Shown in pieces: positions 48,886 through 55,015 of a stretch of 55,015 nucleotides of DNA (position 1 is the stretch's first letter; every line of letters starts with the position of its first letter). Source of the DNA: Vezdaea acicularis (lineage: Eukaryota). The notes beneath the pieces are model-generated. The model did no database searches, was not told the origin of the DNA, and saw nothing but the letters and a program-made list of their open reading frames with translations. The stretch covers positions 1-55,015 of the forward strand of contig JAPEUI010000104.1 in NCBI GenBank assembly GCA_026025075.1, given 5' to 3'. Made by a program: the position numbers and the translations under genes.

Positions 48886-50637
48886 AAGAACAGTGCAGGT
48901 GCATGCCCCGCGCGATAAACTGTGTCTACCGTGCGCCCTCAACAGCGCTGTCCTTGCCGTCGTCGCAACCCCCACACTGTTTGCCTTTAAGTGACAAGTG
49001 TAACCTCTGGAGACTGCGCGACGATGGATGCACATATTGACCGCATTCCACCCCCAAAGGGGGTTGGCGAGTTCGGGGGGGGGGAGGAGTATGCGAGGGC
49101 GGTGGGGGGTTGGGTGTTATGGGGGTTGGCCATAGCTCCCTTGGCGATCGCGCTACTGTGCGTTCCAGCTCTTGGGAAAGGCCAAGATCAGATCCTTCCA
49201 AGAGGCGCGGGCGGCCGTCGCAAGCTGTCAAACGCCTTTGGCTTTTGCTGCCCGAGACAACGCTTGAAAGAGGTAATTTTCCCCCGTCGCCGCTCGTCGA
49301 GATGGGCGATGGCCCCATCTGATGGCGAACGCTCATCTCGGAGCGTCCATCTGAGGGAATGGGCGATCAGATCCCAGCATCGTATTCCAAATCTTCCACG
49401 CGTCGCATGCGATCTATGGCGTTCCTCTCATGGACGGGGTAGGGCTTCCCAAATCTCCAAGCAAACAAATAAAGGGTCCGACGTGACGGTCGGCAGCGAT
49501 GCAGCTGCCGTACGACCGGTTCGGCGTACGGACCTATGTCCTGAGGGACGACTCCCTCCCGAAAGGAACGAAACGGCAGCGACCGTGTCCAATCGTTGGC
49601 AGCATCGCGACTTGCACGGCAACCGTAATCATTCAGGCGGGCTGATCATCACCAGAAGCAGGGAAAGTGAGAGTGGCGAACCCCACAATTCTTCGGGCTG
49701 TGGCGGCGCGGTATGATTGGAACGTCCCTTCAGAGCGGGGCGATCATAACGTGGAATACAGTGATCGCCAGTCGACTGCGTTGCACAAACGTCGCCAAAG
49801 ATGAGTGAGGCTGGCTACCGCGTGAGGATCGTCTCAGGAAAACATAAATCTGTCGGCCCACGCAAGGGTCGAGGTTCTGGACCTGGACAATGGCGCCCAA
49901 TTCTGCCTTCCCTAGGGTGCGTGCTGGGCATGTTATTGGGCAAAAGCGAGGCGATGGGGCGGCAGCTCCAACCATTGGAACGGGATACCCAGGCGGCCCA
50001 GACGGCCGGCACCTGAAGCTTGCGGAAAAGGTTCAGCTTCTGCTCAGCTCCATCCCCACTCAACGGACAAACGCGCCTTTGAGCCTCCGAGCCTCTTCGC
50101 GTTGCCTCTCGTCGTATCAGTTGCTTCCTCAGGACTCGTCCAATAACTGGAGACGTGAACACGAAGCTCTGACGATGATATTGATCTTTTTTAGTCAACA
50201 GTTTCTGAAGCGATGCAAACCAATTGTCTACGAGACAGTCGCAACTTCGTCAATCTTATGGAACTAGATCTCGCGTCCCCAACGAGTTTAATACATATAG
50301 CTGAAGACAGTGGATTGATTGTTCATCACATGTGCTAATTGTTTATGAGAATTGGTGGTGACAGACGCCGTTTGCCCCCAACAGAAGACGTAGTTTGAAC
50401 CTTAGAATATCCCAATTAGAGCGCCTGAGAAGTAGCCCAGGTCTGAGCATGAGCATTTTCGTCAATCGAAATTATAACATCCACAGTCGATCAATACATC
50501 TCCGTTAAGCCAAAAAACCTTTCGAATGATTAGTTCTGCATCATTCGTTTCTGTCCCGGAACTCCCCTTTTGGTATTTATATTGGATCCCGCAACCAGAA
50601 CGCCATCGTCCCCCCCTCCAAATTCTTACGTTCTGCA

Positions 50638-52435
50638 TTACGGATTATGAGAACCATATTCTGCTGAGTTCCTGGAACCCCCTGGATTTGTAGTCCCGGT
50701 CGAATTAGGGAATAATCGGTCCCCTTGTGTCGAGTCTTTCTCGCCCGATCCAGCCGGATGTGCTGTAGCTGCGCTATTATTATATTCTCGCCTGGGACCA
50801 TCTACCGGCCCTATATCTTCTGCGATTGCGTCTTCGTAACTTGGCGGGGCATCCATAGATTGCGATGGATCTAGCGTTGGGCCACCAAAAGATCCTTGGG
50901 CTGGGGGAATAGATGAATATGACGGCGCAGTTGGAGTGACCGGGTATGCTGCATTCGCTGGAGGTGCCTGATTGTATACCGGCTTGGAAGCAGCAGCAGC
51001 CATGTTCTCCAGCAACTGGCGTGGTGGAGGAATTCCAGAATATACTTCTACCGCCAATCGAAGTGGCAACACGATAGGCTGAGGCTATAAACCCTTGTTT
51101 AGAAAAGTTGAATCAAGAAATGATAAAATCTTTCAGCTTACTTGAGACTTCCCGCTTTTCCCATATGACAAACCAACCCGTGCCTCCAGTTCATATCTCC
51201 TCGATATGTTACAGGTCTCAAATGAAGGTGCAACACTACTTGGTAGTGGCACTTGATCCCAATACTTACTATCTATTACCATGTCCTTGCCGATTGGGTC
51301 CGTAGGCTCGCCCAGCGGCACAGAAAGATTACTCAAGCTGCAGATTATCCAACTTGTCGTCTCTGATCTGGTCAGATCATGAGCTCGCACGTGTGTGTAG
51401 CCAATTAATTCAACTTGCAAGTGTTTGAGGAAAATCTTATCTGAGCACTCGGACTGCTTTGAGACGATAATACGGAGTGGCAACGTCTTATGACATGTGA
51501 GAATAGGCGGATTGGGAAGTCGTGCATCTATACTGAAACGAGGTGGAATTCCTGTAGCCTCAGTTGCTACGTTCGAGGATGAAGTCTTCCGTAGATCTCC
51601 AAACAAAGAATTGATTCCGGATTTAGGACCCGGGGGAAGACCGGCTGTAAATTGATGCTGGCGTCGAGCATACGTCTCTTGTCCCGTATCCGGTTTTCGA
51701 GGCAGCTCGATAGGAAAGAAAGTGAAGTCGAGTTCCTTATGGGTGAGCTAGGAGAAGGCTTTGTTGGAAATGACGACTTACATCTCTGTAATTCTCCTTG
51801 AAGAAGCCAAATCTCTGTACGGTGACTTTAATGTAATAACGTATCTCCGCCTCACCTGGGAAGCCACGTAGGGAGGGTGGTAACGTCTTCTTGACGTGCT
51901 GATGAGAGTCTTTCGCCACCTCCATCCGTAGCCCCGCGAAATTGAGATTACTATACAGACTATTCGAGGTCACGCAATTGTTGTTGATTGGTATCTGGTC
52001 CAACATTAGGTAAGTTCCAAGGCACTCATCAAGAGTTGAACAGTCATACCTTGAATGTAAAAGGATACTCATGTGGGCCAGGGCTCAACGTGAATGCAGA
52101 GCCACTTTGTGCTGACGCTTTGATCTCTTTTGAGGGGAATACTTCCTTAACCTTGTATAAGAGCTGTGAATTTGAATTGCATTAGTTTATATGCCACTAA
52201 GTAACAATGTTTAGCTATCACCGACTTTGTGAATCTCTGTCTCTGTCCGATTGTCGCGCCTGTTATCCTGTAGACGTGGGCTGGCGAGCCTTGTCCTGCT
52301 CTCACCCTCGAGTTTGACAACGATTGCAGTGATAGCCTCAGGAGCTATCAAACTAAGAAGCACTCGTCCCTGAACGAAATCGAAATTTGTATAGTGAGAA
52401 TGGGGAGTATCCAGCTGGATTTTGACTTGTGTCAT
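50638..52435 (-). CDS. Alpha-arrestin (arrestin-related trafficking adaptor) with a C-terminal PY motif; 5 exons
   Basis: HYTNFDFVQGRVLL...IVVKLEGESRTRL, HK|LLYKV, GPHEYPFTFK|IP, TLPPSL...AEIRYYIKVTVQR, PSFETCNISRRYELEARVG and PPSYEDA. Confidence 0.88.
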
Positions 52436-53130
52436 GGTTGCAAGAGGCCTAAAGTCTCTGGAGCTATGGATGGCTTATCATTACGATCAATCGCAAAGAT
52501 CTTTTGACGGAGTCCTGTAGCTATGCTGGAGCCATGTTCAAGCCATACTTACTTAAGCTGATACCCTGTTCAACAGCTGCTGGGTCCGCGTATAAAAAAG
52601 ATTTCTGATAAGTGGGGTGATGATGCTCGCTTGGGAAGTTGGACGGTTGAACCAAGGTCAATTCTGGACATCCCACTGGCCAGACTCTGTCTTACACAAT
52701 CATTGACGTAAGAGCGAATCTCTACTGGGGAATACTCAAAGAAATGCGTAACATTTAAACAGCGAATTGGAATTCTTCTGTATGATATCATCTCGGAGCC
52801 TCACATTTCACACAGAGCCGCCTCGCTTCGCTTCAGCCTTAACCTTTGGCAAAGGCGGCGTGTTACGGCCACCACCCACGTGGAGGGTCAATGATCTTTT
52901 GAGATTATCACTTTTCCACAATGTGTAAAGATTAAGAACTTGGTATGATAGCTATTGTCCGTAGGACCTCAAGCCACAATGAAGTCATCTTACTCGACTT
53001 TGCAGGAGTATGTACGGTCTCAGTAGCCCCGTGCTCGATATATACTTACACATACCACAATCCAATAACTTGAGTGATATGTAATACAAACAAATTTGGC
53101 ATGAGTTTATTCCACATGCAATTTTACCCC

Positions 53131-54592
53131 TCACAAACCTTCTTTAGCCAGCATATCTAAATGTTCTGTGAGCATGTCTAGAATCGAATGATCTAGCTTA
53201 CCTACCGGCTATATCCAAGTAAAATGCAATTGCGTTAAATCTACGTATTTGATTAGACGCATCGCATCATTGTAGAAATGCTGAACGCTTACTCTCTTTT
53301 CTTTCCCGTCATTCGCCAGAAAAACCACCTCAGCCGGTTGGTCCAATTGATTAGGTCTAAGTGGCTCACGCCGACGAGAGTACCTTTATACCCGTCTTCA
53401 CCTCCCCAGATACTGCTTGCCACACTGACAAGCCCATCATTAGGCCCTTCTTCAGCTTCGACAATGCGGTGAGATTGGTGGAATGAAGAGAAGATTGAAG
53501 GGGTAAAAGTCGCCCCGTAAGAGAAGTATCTTTGACACAAGTAATCAGTGGATGTTCACTCCTGTCAGCCAAACACACTCACCTAACTCCAGCAGCGTCT
53601 GGGGTCTTTGGGTTGAACACTTCGGTCATAAATTGTCTCGTGAGCTGTTCAAAAGCTCCTGTTTCGATATGGACTAGCTTCAGAGCCTTGTAGACTATAG
53701 GCAGACGATCGGCTAGAGACTTATCAGCGGCCTTGATATTGACCCTTTCAACGATCAACATACTTCCGATGCGTTTGAAACAGTAATCGGCGAAAGCAGA
53801 ACCTGAAGAGTCATTGGTCAAAACTCGATATTGGGTCAATGAGGGACGTACCCCGATGCGGCGTTGCGATGGTGGTCAACGAGAGAACTTTGACGCTTTC
53901 GGGCTTCAACCGGCTAATCATATATCTACAGTCCAATCCGCTGTAGCTTGTTAGCTAGATTTGTGGTATGGTCGTGGTTGTTGGTATTACCCCTAAAGAA
54001 GTCAGTCCTGAGTCTTATACATATGTTTAAAAAGAACGCGAACCATGCTGTGCCTGTATACCTATTAATAATCTTCATTGAATTATCAGAAATAAGTAAA
54101 AAACCTTACGCGATGATGTTGACGCTCTTCCCGCCTGCTCGTTTGGCTATTTGTACTCCAAGCGCTTTTGCTCTCTCTTCAATAGAGCCAGAGGGAGGAA
54201 CCGATGCTGTGATCACTTCGATCCCATTCGCAGCCAATGCATTTGTTATTCCCCGCCAATAATGAACACCTGGCAGCCATTTCCCTGCGATGTGAAGCTC
54301 ATCGAAGCCTAAGAGCCCATGTGCCAGTACGATTGCATGCTTTGGGGTTTCTAGGATCGCATCAGAATATAGATCATTCGACATGGCTTTGGGTCATACG
54401 ATATTTCTCTCTAATGGTCGCATATTCATCTTTAATCGTGCGCCCAAAGCTGCTCAATCGTGTATCATTGTTGGTGCCGCTACTTTCGTAGGCCTTCTGA
54501 GTGGTAGATTGATATCGCAGCTGGGCAGGGCAAGCTCCGAACGCATACCTAGCGGCGAACTTGCTGGCATTGCAAGGTAGATATGCTCTCAT
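53131..54592 (-). CDS. TGL2: Tgl2-like triacylglycerol lipase with a mitochondrial-type presequence; about 9 exons including microexons
   Basis: IVLAHGLLGF, YWRGI, spliced NIIAHSMGGLDCRY, LTTIATPHRGS, YFSYGA, NDGLVSVASS and VSHLDLINW. Ends DMLAKEGL* at 53131. Confidence 0.88.
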
Positions 54593-55015
54593 TCTTCCAT
54601 GGGTAGAAGTTTGAGTTGCGCCGGATGCAATTCATGGGCTTGTACTAGGTTGTGAGGCATCCCATGAAATCAATGTCCTGCTCAAGGAGAGCATTTGTCG
54701 CATACCGCTTAAACCCAGACAACGCAATGACGTCGCAGCACCCGAGGTCAATCCCACCATCCAACTTTCAACAAAGTGACCTGAAACTTTCGAGTTTTGA
54801 TCCCAAACCTACGGGCCCTATTGAACCTACTTATTCCCTTGAAATATCTGATTGTAGATGTATTTTTTACGTTGCTTATAAACAGTACCAATAGCCTTAA
54901 AAACATGGTCATATGATCGAACTTCAGCAGGACTAATAGGGAGGATTTGGGAGAACCAAAAGTATTGCAGATAAAGACATTGTTACTTGTAAAGTGCGCT
55001 ACTCCTTTGGAGGCG

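Noticed and set aside
45188..49716. Long ORFs of 235-256 codons in the gene-free region
   Set aside because: Arg/Pro/Ser/Gly-rich, overlapping on both strands, often with non-ATG starts; expected by chance in GC-rich DNA.

Overview
Eukaryotic, intron-rich DNA from a filamentous ascomycete (Pezizomycotina-type GT-AG introns with CTRAY branch points). No prokaryotic operons, CRISPR arrays, RNA genes or transposase ORFs were recognised. About 19 protein-coding genes can be assembled by hand. In order: a Cys-rich type I membrane protein, indoleamine 2,3-dioxygenase, a giant Ser/Thr-rich GH18 protein, Ies4, a RanBPM/Gid1-type SPRY-LisH-CTLH protein, an MFS transporter, a tandem-domain hypothetical protein, WC-2, Rad50, Sdh4, MPP-beta, a bHLH factor, a Maf protein, an MDR alkenal reductase, Lys1, a putative secreted orphan, a Zn2Cys6 factor, an alpha-arrestin and a Tgl2-like lipase. 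The most notable observations are: (1) a cryptic 3' intron that swaps the reductase C-terminus to a peroxisomal -SKL signal; (2) a GH18 domain lacking both catalytic acids (DGFDFAST) at the end of a roughly 800-residue Ser/Thr stalk; (3) two 2-nt microexons, one completing the RAD50 start codon and one completing the lipase nucleophile elbow; (4) uORFs, one in frame and separated by a single TAG, upstream of the Zn2Cys6 gene; (5) a 42-nt G run flanked by a family of related palindromes. All family assignments come from motif recognition by eye; no database searches were run.
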